64,000 nt of DNA from Candidatus Heimdallarchaeota archaeon (GCA_019057815.1 JAHLWR010000004.1:128001-192000), one strand, 5' to 3'; positions 1-10,735 are shown, counted from the first letter of the stretch. Program-made: numbers and translations. The notes: a model not told the origin generated them from the letters alone.

Positions 1-394
1 AATTGCTTTATTTTTTACATTCAACATTCAAATCAACCAATTAATTGCTAAAATATATTGATGTGAATATATTAAGATTTCTTAAAATTTTGAAAAAATC
101 ATTGGAAAGAGAAATAATAGCATCTAATGCAAAATAACCATCTTTCCCTTAAACTACATCAAGCTATGTTGTGTCTTATAATCTAAAGATATGCTTATTT
201 TAATTTTTTTTCGATTATCATTACTTCTGCAATATAATTTGAAATAAATCATATAATCTTAAGTTATTATGAAAACTAAAGCTTATTTGTAGGATTTAAA
301 CTGAAAAATTTGTCATTCTTTGTTTCCTTCGATAAAGCATAAAAAATATAGAGTAAGCATAAAATTATTAAACTGTCTAATATTTATTGAATCG

Positions 395-1141
395 ATGGTT
401 ACTATAGTTTGTGGAGACACTAAGTATAAAGATTCTGAAATAATCTGTTTTGATAAGGATGGTACACTGCTCAATTTCAGTATGTATGTTCCTGTTATGA
501 AAAGAAGAGCTGAAGTTCTGGCAGAAAAATATGACCTACCTGAAATGAGTCATAATGAAATTCTAGAATTGATGGGAGTTGATCCTAACACTGGTTCTGT
601 TATAATGGGTGGTTCAATTCATCTTCCAAGAATAGACAACATTAAAAGAACTATCGAATACTTGCGAAAATATTCAATTAACGCTTCTATTGAAGAAACA
701 TCCTTACTTTTTGATGAGGTTGATGACCAAGTGGATTTTTCAGCATATATTGAAACTTACTCAGGAGTTAAGGAACTTCTTGAAAATCTTAAAAAGACAG
801 AAATCAAGATTGTAATTTTCACTCACGATAGCACGTTAGCAGCTGAAAAGCATCTGAAAAATGCAGGAATTAAAAGCTACTTCGACCTCATTCTAGGTAT
901 TGATTCTAATTCCACATATCACAAAAAACCTGCACCCGATATGATTCAGTATGCGTGTAAAATACTTGAAGTCAATGTTAATACAGCTGTTGTCATAGGT
1001 GATCAAGAAACAGATATGCTTGCTGGTAAGAATGCAGGAGTTCTAGGTTGTATCGGTGTTCTAACTGGTAAGTCTGAAGAAAAAGACCTTGAAAACGCAG
1101 ATATTATAATACAATCTGTTGGAGATATTGTAGTCAAATAA
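395..1141 (+). CDS. HAD-superfamily hydrolase (phosphoglycolate phosphatase-like)
   Basis: Motif I FDKDGTL, KKPAP, IGD...D. ATG at 395 preferred over the upstream TTG at 320. Confidence 0.85.
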   Translation: MVTIVCGDTKYKDSEIICFDKDGTLLNFSMYVPVMKRRAEVLAEKYDLPEMSHNEILELMGVDPNTGSVIMGGSIHLPRIDNIKRTIEYLRKYSINASIEETSLLFDEVDDQVDFSAYIETYSGVKELLENLKKTEIKIVIFTHDSTLAAEKHLKNAGIKSYFDLILGIDSNSTYHKKPAPDMIQYACKILEVNVNTAVVIGDQETDMLAGKNAGVLGCIGVLTGKSEEKDLENADIIIQSVGDIVVK

Positions 1142-1216
1142 CCTTCAGAGTATTTTTACATTCCTTTTGCATTACAGTTATATTTTTTAATCTAAGGTTT
1201 TTTCTAAAGAATAACC

Positions 1217-2398
1217 ATGAAAACAAAGGTTTCTATTGTCAAAATAGAAAACGGTGATATCGAGACTGCTGTTCGTCAAGCTGTTGAACTAGCGGGTGGA
1301 ATAGAAGAAAATCATGAAAACAGTAAACCTATTCTCATTAAACCCAATGCTTTGACATCCAAAAAAACCTGGGAAGCTCAACTAGCGGTAACTACTCATC
1401 CTGAAGTTATAAGAGCTCTAATTAGATTATTAAAAGAAAAAGGGCACGAAATTGTTGTAGGGGATAGTTCAGGAGGAGGAACTAATACTCAAGTTGTAAT
1501 GGAAAAAGCAGGATTCAAAAAATTGGAAAAAGAAGAAAACGTTCCTGTGGTAAGTTTAACATCAGGCGCTGAAAAAGTCTACATAGAGAATCACGAAAAA
1601 CTCACCTATGTAGCGCTTGCAGGACTAGCACTAACATCAGATATAATTAATGTCCCCAAAATGAAGACTCATGCGCTTACACGTGTAACTCTTGCTATCA
1701 AGAACCTTTTTGGTTGCGTTGTTGGAATGGAAAAGAAGAGAGTGCATGGTGTATCTAATACAGCTAAAAGTTTCAGTCAATGTTTAGTTGATATTTATTC
1801 TGTTTTGAAAGATAACATCATAATGAATGTTCTAGATGCAACTATAGCAATGGAAGGATTCGGCCCATCAGATGGTAATCCCAAAGAGATGAATCTAATT
1901 TTGGCAAGTAAAGACGCAGTTGCCCTTGATTCAATTGCTACAATGGTTATGGGTGAAAAACCCTTATCTGTTCACACAACAAAAAATGCTATGCAGAGAG
2001 GGTTAGGAGTTGCAAATCTTGAAGATATAGAAATTGTTGGGGAGAAAATAGAAGATGTAAAAAGTAAATTTTCTATACCTTTGCGAGTAATTTCGTGGTT
2101 ACCTATCGGTAAATTTTGGGCATTACGCGCCAAACAACCTAAATATGTGGGGGAAGGATGCAAAGCTTGTCTGAAGTGTCAAAAGGTTTGTCCTGCAAGT
2201 GCTATTGTTGTTGACAAGGAAAATAAAGAACCAGTGTTTGATTACAAGAAGTGTATCTCCTGTTTATGTTGTTACGAACTTTGTCCTGAACATGCGATTT
2301 ATATGGGACATATGAAATACGGTAAAGCCATTAACGGAATCATAGCTCTAGTTACAATTTCAATAATAACAGGAGTATTACTAGCTATATTCCTTTGA
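1217..2398 (+). CDS. DUF362 domain protein with 2[4Fe-4S] ferredoxin domain and C-terminal TM helix
   Basis: LIKPN, TTHPEV, PKMKTH, AIKNLFG, MEGFGP; CxxCxxCxxxCP twice; hydrophobic tail. Confidence 0.85.
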   Translation: MKTKVSIVKIENGDIETAVRQAVELAGGIEENHENSKPILIKPNALTSKKTWEAQLAVTTHPEVIRALIRLLKEKGHEIVVGDSSGGGTNTQVVMEKAGFKKLEKEENVPVVSLTSGAEKVYIENHEKLTYVALAGLALTSDIINVPKMKTHALTRVTLAIKNLFGCVVGMEKKRVHGVSNTAKSFSQCLVDIYSVLKDNIIMNVLDATIAMEGFGPSDGNPKEMNLILASKDAVALDSIATMVMGEKPLSVHTTKNAMQRGLGVANLEDIEIVGEKIEDVKSKFSIPLRVISWLPIGKFWALRAKQPKYVGEGCKACLKCQKVCPASAIVVDKENKEPVFDYKKCISCLCCYELCPEHAIYMGHMKYGKAINGIIALVTISIITGVLLAIFL

Positions 2399-2513
2399 AA
2401 ATTAGGATATGGAATTAGTTAGATAACGTGATAGATAGATAAAACTGTACATTTATTAGAATAATTCTTTTCTTTCTATTTATCAATTATAAAAATATGG
2501 GATCAACATGAGG

Positions 2514-4058
2514 TTATATTAGTTCTTTAATTGGTGGTTTCATTTCTTTTGCTTTAACCTTATTTGCTAAATAGGAATCAAGCTGAGGAGCATACAATAA
2601 CCCTCTACGAGTGCTTTCATAAAGAACCTTAGAATCTAAAACTGATCCAATAGATTCTATTGCATTAAATATAACCATTGCTCTTTTCATTAGCTCTTGC
2701 TTTCTTTTAAGAACATAGGGGTCCCAAATCATTTCTGGTTGACCCTCAAGGCATTTTGCTATTACTTGTTTTACTATCTTACAACTCTCAATAACATTCT
2801 CAGGAGTTGCTGCATGATTGGCTTCACTATAACTTACAACATGAACAATATGAGGATTAAGTTGCATTTGCAGCATTGTCGATTGAGCAAGTTGTCCTTT
2901 AGCCATATCTATGTCGACAGGATAGCTAAATAATCCAGTTCTTGTTTGCGTATAAACTGTAAAATTATCATCTTGTAAAGATCCAATCAATTCTTTTTGC
3001 GCTAGCATTTTTGCTAAATCATCTCTTTGATTTATTTGAGGGGGTGTATTAAACATATACTGTGAAATAAATGTTCTAACTCCCAATTCTTTGCATATGA
3101 ATGCTCCTAGAAATCCTGCTGCTACTGCAACTTCATCTTTTGAATCTCTCAGCGACCAATGATGTGATTCAAGAATCTCAACAGGGATATTTCTTTCTGC
3201 ATGCCATCTTATTGCATCAAGATGAGCTTTAATTGAAGATACTACATCCATTGGACCTCTACCATCCATTTGATTGAACCAAAAGATAGGTATTGCTGCC
3301 CATGCATTATCTATCGAATCAACATAAAGCTGAGCTAAATCGATCAAATCATCAGTTCCTGCATAAGTCCTTAATAAAGGGAAATTTCCTGTTCTTGAAG
3401 CTTGATAAAGTTGTTCAAAATCTTCTTTTGTTCTAACAGGGACGCCGCCTGCACCAATCCCAATACTCATTCTTTCTGGATGGAAGAAATGTGCTTGTGC
3501 ATTTTGATCAGTTCCCAAAGATATAATATCCAGACATCTGCTGTTAGCAATCTTCTTGATTCCTTCAATTGTTTCGTCTAAAGAAGGTAAACCAAAATGA
3601 TGCCTTAAAACAGGAAAAGGTTTCTTAACATCTATTCTTTCTATGATTTGTTGAGGAAATACTAAATCTTTATCTTCTATTGCTTCTCCTCTAAGATAAG
3701 CTGTTGCTCGTTCTATGTCATCTCCTTGAAAATAAGCATTAAAAAAACCACTCTGTTTTTCTCTCTGAACGAATTCTGGTAATCCTCCTAAAATAAATTC
3801 TCTTTCACCCAACCCTTCTTCCACAATTCTTCTTTTCAAATCTCTTAGTACTTTAATTCCAACATCAGGAGTAAGTCTATAGCTAAAACCTACAATATCT
3901 GGATTATGTTCCTTAATCGCATCAATAATCCGTTCAATATCTACTGCAGGACCTAAAAAAACTGTTTCATAATCTAGTCTTTTAGATAATTGTAAAAACC
4001 TGTGAATTCCTGCAATATGAACACAATCTCCAATACAAGCTCCTAGAATTTTTTTCAT
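2514..4058 (-). CDS. Cobalamin-binding protein (N-terminal B12 Rossmann domain plus mutase-like TIM barrel)
   Basis: GDCVHIAG (DxHxxG variant), FLG, GFSYRL and LGG B12-domain motifs, followed by a ~370 aa alpha/beta region. Confidence 0.75.
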   Translation of the reverse strand: MKKILGACIGDCVHIAGIHRFLQLSKRLDYETVFLGPAVDIERIIDAIKEHNPDIVGFSYRLTPDVGIKVLRDLKRRIVEEGLGEREFILGGLPEFVQREKQSGFFNAYFQGDDIERATAYLRGEAIEDKDLVFPQQIIERIDVKKPFPVLRHHFGLPSLDETIEGIKKIANSRCLDIISLGTDQNAQAHFFHPERMSIGIGAGGVPVRTKEDFEQLYQASRTGNFPLLRTYAGTDDLIDLAQLYVDSIDNAWAAIPIFWFNQMDGRGPMDVVSSIKAHLDAIRWHAERNIPVEILESHHWSLRDSKDEVAVAAGFLGAFICKELGVRTFISQYMFNTPPQINQRDDLAKMLAQKELIGSLQDDNFTVYTQTRTGLFSYPVDIDMAKGQLAQSTMLQMQLNPHIVHVVSYSEANHAATPENVIESCKIVKQVIAKCLEGQPEMIWDPYVLKRKQELMKRAMVIFNAIESIGSVLDSKVLYESTRRGLLYAPQLDSYLANKVKAKEMKPPIKELI

Positions 4059-4073
4059 TTTAATTAATTCCTC

Positions 4074-5171
4074 TTAATAGCTATATTCTGTTAATGTTTC
4101 AAGTTGAGATACTCTATTCAAATCTTCAAATATTGTTTTTGGGTTAAGTCCTAACTTATATAGATTCCTTCCTTTGCTACGAAAATCAATACTCAATTCA
4201 CTTGAAGCAATATCTATCAATTCATCAATATAACTTGTTTCAACTCCAACTGTTTTACCAAGTTCAGAAAAAGGAACAAGACCCGTAGGAATGTCCTCGG
4301 TTAAATATCTCATATTGAGAGTTGAAGGAGCTAATAAACCTCCATAAGAAGGATTGTTATGCAACGCATCATAAAGATTATTTTCTTGAAGATCGTATCT
4401 TTCACATAACCATTCTCTTAAGGATTGAACTTCTACACCAAATTTTCGTGCAATATTTCTTCTCTCTTCGTCAACATGATTCATATATTCAACTACTTCT
4501 TTTGTTGCGCCATCTCTGTAAAAATCAAATGATTCTTGATTTTTTATTCTATCTCTATTTAACAAAGCTATTGCTGGATGGAACACTGCACCAATATTTC
4601 CTAAACTCGTAGTAAGAAAGTTTTTTGCTGCATAAAATTGAGGATAGTTTTCATTTAACAGAGAGATTACATGAGAAGTGCGATGGGTAGGAAGAACTGA
4701 TACTGAAATAGTTTTCTTAACGCCTTTGATGTCACTTACACCAGGTTGTGTGATTCTTGTAGCATAAATCAAAGTATTAGCTTCAGCTACATTAACATCT
4801 ACTTCTAAACCACCTTCTAAAAGAGTATTCATAAATTCCAGACTGCCAAAAGTTCTACCAGGATTTAAAACAACTGACTGACCTTCTTGAAGACAAGGAG
4901 CTAATGCCTTAGCAATGTCATAATGTCCAGTAGCTGTAGTTACGACCATAATTAAATCTGTTCCATTAATAGCTTCTGAAATATCAGTGGTTACTAGATT
5001 TAACTTCCCTTTTGATTGAATTTGACCTTGTAATTGAATTTCCTTTGTATTCAAAAGATGCTGAATTCTTTCAGGGGATCTATTGTATAGGTTGACTTTG
5101 TTTCCTTTACTAGCAAGAAAACCTGCAATTGCTTGGCCACCACACCCAGCACCTACGATGGCAATGTTCAT
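4074..5171 (-). CDS. NAD/NADP octopine/nopaline (opine) dehydrogenase family protein
   Basis: GAGCGG Rossmann motif, LNPGRTFG, NIGAVFHP, RYLTEDIPTGLVP. ATG at 5171 follows a GAGGTG SD. Confidence 0.88.
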   Translation of the reverse strand: MNIAIVGAGCGGQAIAGFLASKGNKVNLYNRSPERIQHLLNTKEIQLQGQIQSKGKLNLVTTDISEAINGTDLIMVVTTATGHYDIAKALAPCLQEGQSVVLNPGRTFGSLEFMNTLLEGGLEVDVNVAEANTLIYATRITQPGVSDIKGVKKTISVSVLPTHRTSHVISLLNENYPQFYAAKNFLTTSLGNIGAVFHPAIALLNRDRIKNQESFDFYRDGATKEVVEYMNHVDEERRNIARKFGVEVQSLREWLCERYDLQENNLYDALHNNPSYGGLLAPSTLNMRYLTEDIPTGLVPFSELGKTVGVETSYIDELIDIASSELSIDFRSKGRNLYKLGLNPKTIFEDLNRVSQLETLTEYSY

Positions 5172-5180
5172 CTGGTAAAC

Positions 5181-5202
5181 CACCTCTTAATCAAGAGAGG
5201 TG
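5181..5202 (-). promoter_or_regulatory. Hairpin sequestering the Shine-Dalgarno of the opine dehydrogenase gene
   Basis: Minus strand CACCTCT-CTTGATTA-AGAGGTG is a perfect 7-bp stem containing GAGGTG, 9 nt before the ATG. Confidence 0.5.
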
Positions 5203-5610
5203 ATTCAGAGGTATACATAGCATTTTTTGAAAAAAAGTTAGATTTATGCATATATTCTTGGCTATTAGCCTTCATAAATACATTTGTACCCATAATGTCT
5301 CATTAATATATTCACTCGACAATAAATAAACATTCCTATAAAAAAGCCGATTTATAAGAATGACCTTACACTCTGAAACGTTCGATTTATCGAAAAATAC
5401 TCCCTAGAGAAGATAAATGTTCATCATGAACTAAATTTTATCTTTTAAATCATCTGGAACATTCAAAAATACTATTGTACAAGCGTATAATATAGAAACT
5501 TCTTGTTCATTTTTTATAAAGGTTTTAGAGTAATTGTCTTTTTCCTCGATGAAAGATCTAAAATTCCTAAAACATGCTATTAGGTATCTATCACTTTTGA
5601 AGGTTAAATT

Positions 5611-6807
5611 ATGAAAAAGCAATCAAAACAATCGAAAGTTTCAATTAGAAGAGTTTTATATGTTTCAATTTTAATTATTGGAATAAGTACGTTCTCTAGT
5701 ATGAGAGTAAATGCTACAAATGTCTCTTATGACTCACCATCTTATTCCTCATTAACACCTCATGATCCAATATCCATTACTTCTGATAACAATTTCACCG
5801 ATTACAGTTTTCCAGGAACAGGAACGGAAGAAGATCCTTATGTTATTGAAGGATATAACATTACAACAACGAGTAATAGAGGCATTTACATTACTGATAC
5901 AACAAAAAATTTTACTGTTCGTAACTGCTATGTTAAAGCAGGAGAGTATGGAATTTATATCAGAAATGTAGCTGGTGGTACAGCGACTGTCATTAATAGC
6001 ATGTGCACCAATAACAACAACATAGGTATCTATCTTTACTCTTCTGGTAGTTCTACTGTTGCCAACAACACATTCAACAATAACTTCTATGGCATCTTTT
6101 TTTACTCTTCTGATTTTTGTGTCTTTACTTACAATGTTCTACAAGAAAATGAAGACTATGGAATCAGGTTATATTCTGATTGTGATAATAATATCATTCA
6201 CCATAATACCTTTGTAGACAATAATCCAGGAGGAACTTCACAAGCTCTTGATGCAGGATCTAACAACTTTTGGTATGACTCTACAACACTTGAAGGCAAC
6301 TATTGGTCCGATTGGTCAGGAACTGGTTCTTATTCTATTGATGGTGCTGCTGGAGCAATCGACCTATATCCGCTTGATGAACCTGTAGACATTGGTCCTC
6401 CACTAATTGTTAATATTATCCACTCACCCTCTACACCTACAGAACTAGATACTGTCAGTATCAATGCTACTGTTACAGACTATTCTGGTGTTAAATCAGT
6501 TACTCTCCATTACAGGATCAATGATGGAACTTTGATAGAAGTTAGTATGACTCTTGTAAGTGGTGATCTTTACAGCGTAACTATTGGTCCTTTTGCGGTT
6601 AGTGATATTATAGAATATTATGTCAGTGCTGAAGATAATTCTTTTAACAACAATGAAGCCATCAATGACAACACTGGTCTATATTACTCATTTACTGTTT
6701 CTGAGGCTATATCAGAATTTCAAACGCTCTCTCCTCTTCTCTCCCTTACGATAATTCTTCTATTCTTGGGTTTCAGTTTCGTATTGCTAAAACGAAGAAA
6801 GAAATGA
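5611..6807 (+). CDS. Secreted parallel beta-helix (NosD/CASH-like) surface protein with Ig-like domain and C-terminal sorting anchor
   Basis: Signal peptide, GTEEDPYVIEG, N-rich GIY repeats, GNYWSD, DLYPLDEP, SEF-TM-KRRKK tail. Confidence 0.8.
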   Translation: MKKQSKQSKVSIRRVLYVSILIIGISTFSSMRVNATNVSYDSPSYSSLTPHDPISITSDNNFTDYSFPGTGTEEDPYVIEGYNITTTSNRGIYITDTTKNFTVRNCYVKAGEYGIYIRNVAGGTATVINSMCTNNNNIGIYLYSSGSSTVANNTFNNNFYGIFFYSSDFCVFTYNVLQENEDYGIRLYSDCDNNIIHHNTFVDNNPGGTSQALDAGSNNFWYDSTTLEGNYWSDWSGTGSYSIDGAAGAIDLYPLDEPVDIGPPLIVNIIHSPSTPTELDTVSINATVTDYSGVKSVTLHYRINDGTLIEVSMTLVSGDLYSVTIGPFAVSDIIEYYVSAEDNSFNNNEAINDNTGLYYSFTVSEAISEFQTLSPLLSLTIILLFLGFSFVLLKRRKK

Positions 6808-6944
6808 TTTTTTACTTCCCTTTTTTTTTCCTTTTCTTTAAACATTTTAACCTGATTTTATGTCATAGTTAAACATAACAAAATTTGTATAAAAAAATCT
6901 CTCATGAAATTGTGCCCTTTTGTTAACAAAGCAGCAGCAGTATT

Positions 6945-7709
6945 TTACTTTCTAGGAGCATTTCTATGATTTGATTCTATTACTCTAAAAATTAAGACAA
7001 AAAGTGCAAAAATCTGGTATGAGAGAGAAAATGGGAGAAGTTGCAGGTCCTTCGCTATTACTACTGCACTAATATGCAAGATTAGATTGATAGATAGACC
7101 ACTAATAAACAAATAGCAAGTTTTGGTATTTTCTATTTTTATCCCTAATGCTAACCAAACTAGTAATAGACTTAGGAAAAGGGTGAAATAAAATGTGTTC
7201 ATTGGTGAAAAAAGGAGTCCTATTTCAACAAACCCTAAAGCTAGAATGATTATAGTAAGAAAACTCATTGATAACAAAAGAACTAGACGAATCGATTTTC
7301 TCCATCCGGATATATTATCTTGCCACTCCATTCTTTCAATAATTCGACTTACAAATTTTCTCTTTCTAATTTTCTCGGATATTGTATTATCTTTTTTATC
7401 AAGGAGTACAAATATGTTGACTATAAGAATAACGATAATTGTTAAGGCATAGCTTATATAGAACATGAAAGGAAATAGCCTTATTGCAGGGTCATAAATG
7501 TCCGCTGGACTATCTATAAAAAATGAAAACTTCTCTATAAACAAACTAGGATTTATTAAAGCAAAAGCAGCTATAAAGAGGGTTCCAGACAAGAAGAAGA
7601 GAAAAATCAAAATTTGAAATATTAAAGCTCCAACAAAAATCTCTGTTTTTCTTTTCTCAAAGAATGAAAAATTCATAATAGTATTTAAGATTTCAGAATT
7701 CTTAAGCAT
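6945..7709 (-). CDS. Hypothetical multi-pass membrane protein
   Basis: 254 aa ORF with about 6 hydrophobic segments. Confidence 0.65.
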   Translation of the reverse strand: MLKNSEILNTIMNFSFFEKRKTEIFVGALIFQILIFLFFLSGTLFIAAFALINPSLFIEKFSFFIDSPADIYDPAIRLFPFMFYISYALTIIVILIVNIFVLLDKKDNTISEKIRKRKFVSRIIERMEWQDNISGWRKSIRLVLLLSMSFLTIIILALGFVEIGLLFSPMNTFYFTLFLSLLLVWLALGIKIENTKTCYLFISGLSINLILHISAVVIAKDLQLLPFSLSYQIFALFVLIFRVIESNHRNAPRK

Positions 7710-7865
7710 TATCCATGGGTATTCGATTCAAAGCCCTTTTAACTACTCGTTTTCTTATAAATATTGGGTTACTAGTCGGGTTCATATTATCTCATTTACC
7801 CACTGTAACCCCTCTTATTTAAGTGTCAACAATGTGGTTTTAGTTAATAAGAACTTCTTTATTAA

Positions 7866-8111
7866 TTAATTCTTTAAATACTCCGCAAAGAAAGACATAA
7901 TGGAAAATATTCCAATAAAACCTAACACAAACAAAAAAATTACTGCAGATACATACTCTATTCCATACTCATTTGCAAGCGCAATTCCTCCTCCAAAACC
8001 CGCACCAGCGAATCCTATTCCTAAAAATGCAAGTATCATCGAAGTTATTTTTATTTTATTTTCTCTTCTTTCCTTGTTTCTTTCAACTTTAGTGTTTGAA
8101 TCTTTACTCAT
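7866..8111 (-). CDS. Small two-TM hypothetical protein
   Basis: Basic N-terminus and two Gly-rich hydrophobic helices; ATG at 8111. Confidence 0.55.
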   Translation of the reverse strand: MSKDSNTKVERNKERRENKIKITSMILAFLGIGFAGAGFGGGIALANEYGIEYVSAVIFLFVLGFIGIFSIMSFFAEYLKN

Positions 8112-8564
8112 TTCAATCAGATAATTAATGTCTATAGTTTTTAATAAACTTTTCAATCACATACTCTTCCTATTATGATGTTATAATAGAAGTTTAATAA
8201 TTTCACTGATAATTGAGAACTGTTAACAAAACCTGATTATTTTCACAAAACAGGAAGTGAAGGAATTATTTCAAATCCAGTGATTCGGGAACTTTCTAAA
8301 GGTACAATAATTCTTGTAGCGTTTAATACGAAGGATTTTTTTAACTTCAAATAGTGTAATCAGTTTTTTCAAAAGAAGTGAGTCTTGTAAGAAGTTCTTT
8401 TGCGTGTCTTTTAATAATTAATTAGGAATAATCTAACTAAATCAGTATCTTTTTTATTTCTTTTATTGATATATAAGAATAAAGTTGAGGGGCGTGTAAT
8501 AATTCTTAATCATGTTCTTAATATGAATGTTAAGATCTGATACTAATTCAATTGATTTTATGTT

Positions 8565-10223
8565 TCATTCTCTGATGACCAGAATTTTTCCTTCCAGTCC
8601 TAGCTTCTCCTTTCCTCCGCCTATTTTTTCCAACCATTCATCGTACTTCCCATCCTCAAATCTATCTCCTTCGAATATTCTTCGGAATAAAGCAATCACC
8701 ACATGAGATCCAAATCCCGCAGCTAATCTTAAAGCATAATCTACTTGCTTTGATTCTCCTCTTGAAAAATACAAATCGTTTAATTCATCATCGAGTTCCG
8801 CTAAGTTTGCAATAGGCGGGATTAATCCCTTCTCCAGAGCTTTAATTGCAACTCCATCCTCAATGTTCGCACCCATTAGGTGGCCAGTAAAACCCTTAGT
8901 ATTCGTTATAATGATATTACTCACTTTAGAGCCAAAGGTTGACCTCAGTGATCCAATTTCTGCTGCAGTTCCCCCTCCTCTTGCCGGTGTGTAGGATTCA
9001 TGAGACATAAATAGCATCGAATTGGCCATATCCTCTCTTTTTAATCTATACTCTTTTTCAATAGATGAGAAAAACTTCTCCATTTCTTTTGATATATGAT
9101 TTTTATCCATTCTTGTCCCAGTGTAAGCCGAGTTAGACACTCTAGTGCCCATCAATTCAACAATAGGTATAATTCCTCTTTTATTTGCTTCTGCTACATC
9201 TTCCATAACTAATGCAACTGATCCTGCTCCCAGTATCATCCCTTCTCTTCTTTTATCAAAAGGTAAAGCAGCATCTTCTACTTTTTCCTTAATGGAAGCT
9301 GCACCAATGGCTAAGAAACCTGTACCTATCCATTCCATCGTTTGATCACTAGTTGGATCATCTGCTCCTAAAATAATTACTCGCTTGCATCTTCCTCTTT
9401 TTATCCAATCCTCTGCAATGGATATAGCTTGGGTAGTTGACGCACAAGCTGAATTGATTTGAGTATTTGGTCCTCTTGCACCAATTATCTGAGCAAATTG
9501 AGAATTAGCCATAACCAAAGTTTTCAGCAGAAATTTACGATTGAACTCAAACTCTTCATTATTCGGTTTTTCTTTTTTAAGTAGTTCTTCAATTTTTTCT
9601 CTCTCTGAGGGATCAGAAACGAGCTCCTTCAACTCCTTAAACAATATATTTTGATTTTCCCTCATTTCTCTTCTTGTTTTATCAGAAACATAAGAAGAAA
9701 CTTCCTCAATTAAGCTATTGAAACAAGGGAAGGCAGAGGCAAAGATTACTCCTGTTTCATCCTTCATTTCTTCTGGTAACAACCAGCTGACAACTATTTC
9801 TCCATTTTTCTCTTTTTGAGGAATCAGAGGAATGTGCGCATCCTTAAGTGCTTCAAAACCAGCTCCTATTGCCAACTGTGAAGCTATGTCAAGAACCTTA
9901 AGCATGTTTTCACTTATACCATAATCTCGTACTAAGTCCATTTTCCCTATTTGAGAAGCTAATTTAACTGACTTGGATACATCTTCAATAGCTATCTTGC
10001 TTTTTTTCCCATTTACTAGTTTTACTTGACTAACTTTTTTATCACAGATTGCTTCTTGAATCTTTATAGGGATTTGTTCGATGAAATTTTTTCCATTTAA
10101 TATTGCATCAAAGTTATGATGATCAAAAACAAATCTCTCTCTACCTGGAAGGCCAATTCCGACACCTGTAATTCCTATCTTACTAGTTAGCTCATTTAGT
10201 TTCGAACCCTCTATTTTGCCCAT
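8565..10223 (-). CDS. Stand-alone beta-ketoacyl synthase (type I PKS/FAS-like KS domain)
   Basis: Catalytic NSACAS, SHESYT and TKGFTGH, plus LPFD and AGFG motifs. Confidence 0.85.
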   Translation of the reverse strand: MGKIEGSKLNELTSKIGITGVGIGLPGRERFVFDHHNFDAILNGKNFIEQIPIKIQEAICDKKVSQVKLVNGKKSKIAIEDVSKSVKLASQIGKMDLVRDYGISENMLKVLDIASQLAIGAGFEALKDAHIPLIPQKEKNGEIVVSWLLPEEMKDETGVIFASAFPCFNSLIEEVSSYVSDKTRREMRENQNILFKELKELVSDPSEREKIEELLKKEKPNNEEFEFNRKFLLKTLVMANSQFAQIIGARGPNTQINSACASTTQAISIAEDWIKRGRCKRVIILGADDPTSDQTMEWIGTGFLAIGAASIKEKVEDAALPFDKRREGMILGAGSVALVMEDVAEANKRGIIPIVELMGTRVSNSAYTGTRMDKNHISKEMEKFFSSIEKEYRLKREDMANSMLFMSHESYTPARGGGTAAEIGSLRSTFGSKVSNIIITNTKGFTGHLMGANIEDGVAIKALEKGLIPPIANLAELDDELNDLYFSRGESKQVDYALRLAAGFGSHVVIALFRRIFEGDRFEDGKYDEWLEKIGGGKEKLGLEGKILVIRE

Positions 10224-10510
10224 TTAAAATTCCTCTATCACTATTTAGTTTTGGTACATGTTGAACCATGAAATCTACTGGTTTTCAAAAATAGCTACAA
10301 TAGGTAATATATAGATAAGAGTATAAGATGATTTTATTTTTGTTTATAAAAAGATTTTGTCATCTAGCTATATTGTGAATCATAGTAAATTAAGTAAGAA
10401 ATATCAAGATAAATTGAAGGTAAAAGCAGATTTACTTATTGATGTATGGAAAATAATCATTCGATTTGAATATATTTATTAGAATTAAAGCAAAAAGTAC
10501 TTTGATAGAT

Positions 10511-10735
10511 ATGCAAAAACTGGATGAAGAAACAGTAAAAAAACTCTGTTTACATATGAGAAACGGAAAAGCTAAAGGTATATGGAAGCTACAATGCTAT
10601 TTCTGCAACAAATTTGCACAGAAGAATCCAAAAAATTATTGTTTTTATAGCAAAGAAGATTTTACAGGCTGTAACATAATAAATGGATACATCAGGAAAC
10701 AGGAAGCAAAGGGCTTATCAATTTTTGAAAACTAA
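10511..10735 (+). CDS. Small Cys-rich hypothetical protein
   Basis: Pattern C...CYFC...C...GC suggests metal binding. Confidence 0.6.
   Translation: MQKLDEETVKKLCLHMRNGKAKGIWKLQCYFCNKFAQKNPKNYCFYSKEDFTGCNIINGYIRKQEAKGLSIFEN

Noticed and set aside
1-27. Possible start of a minus-strand gene (MLNVKNKAI)
   Set aside because: Too short at the window edge to support.
5431-5622. Short ORFs such as 5431-5622, 22121-22365 and the many 60-100 aa ORFs overlapping larger genes
   Set aside because: Antisense or alternative-frame shadows without motifs.
8160-8560. Stop-free stretches in the intergenic region
   Set aside because: No good start codon or recognisable motif; possibly a decayed gene but unsupported.
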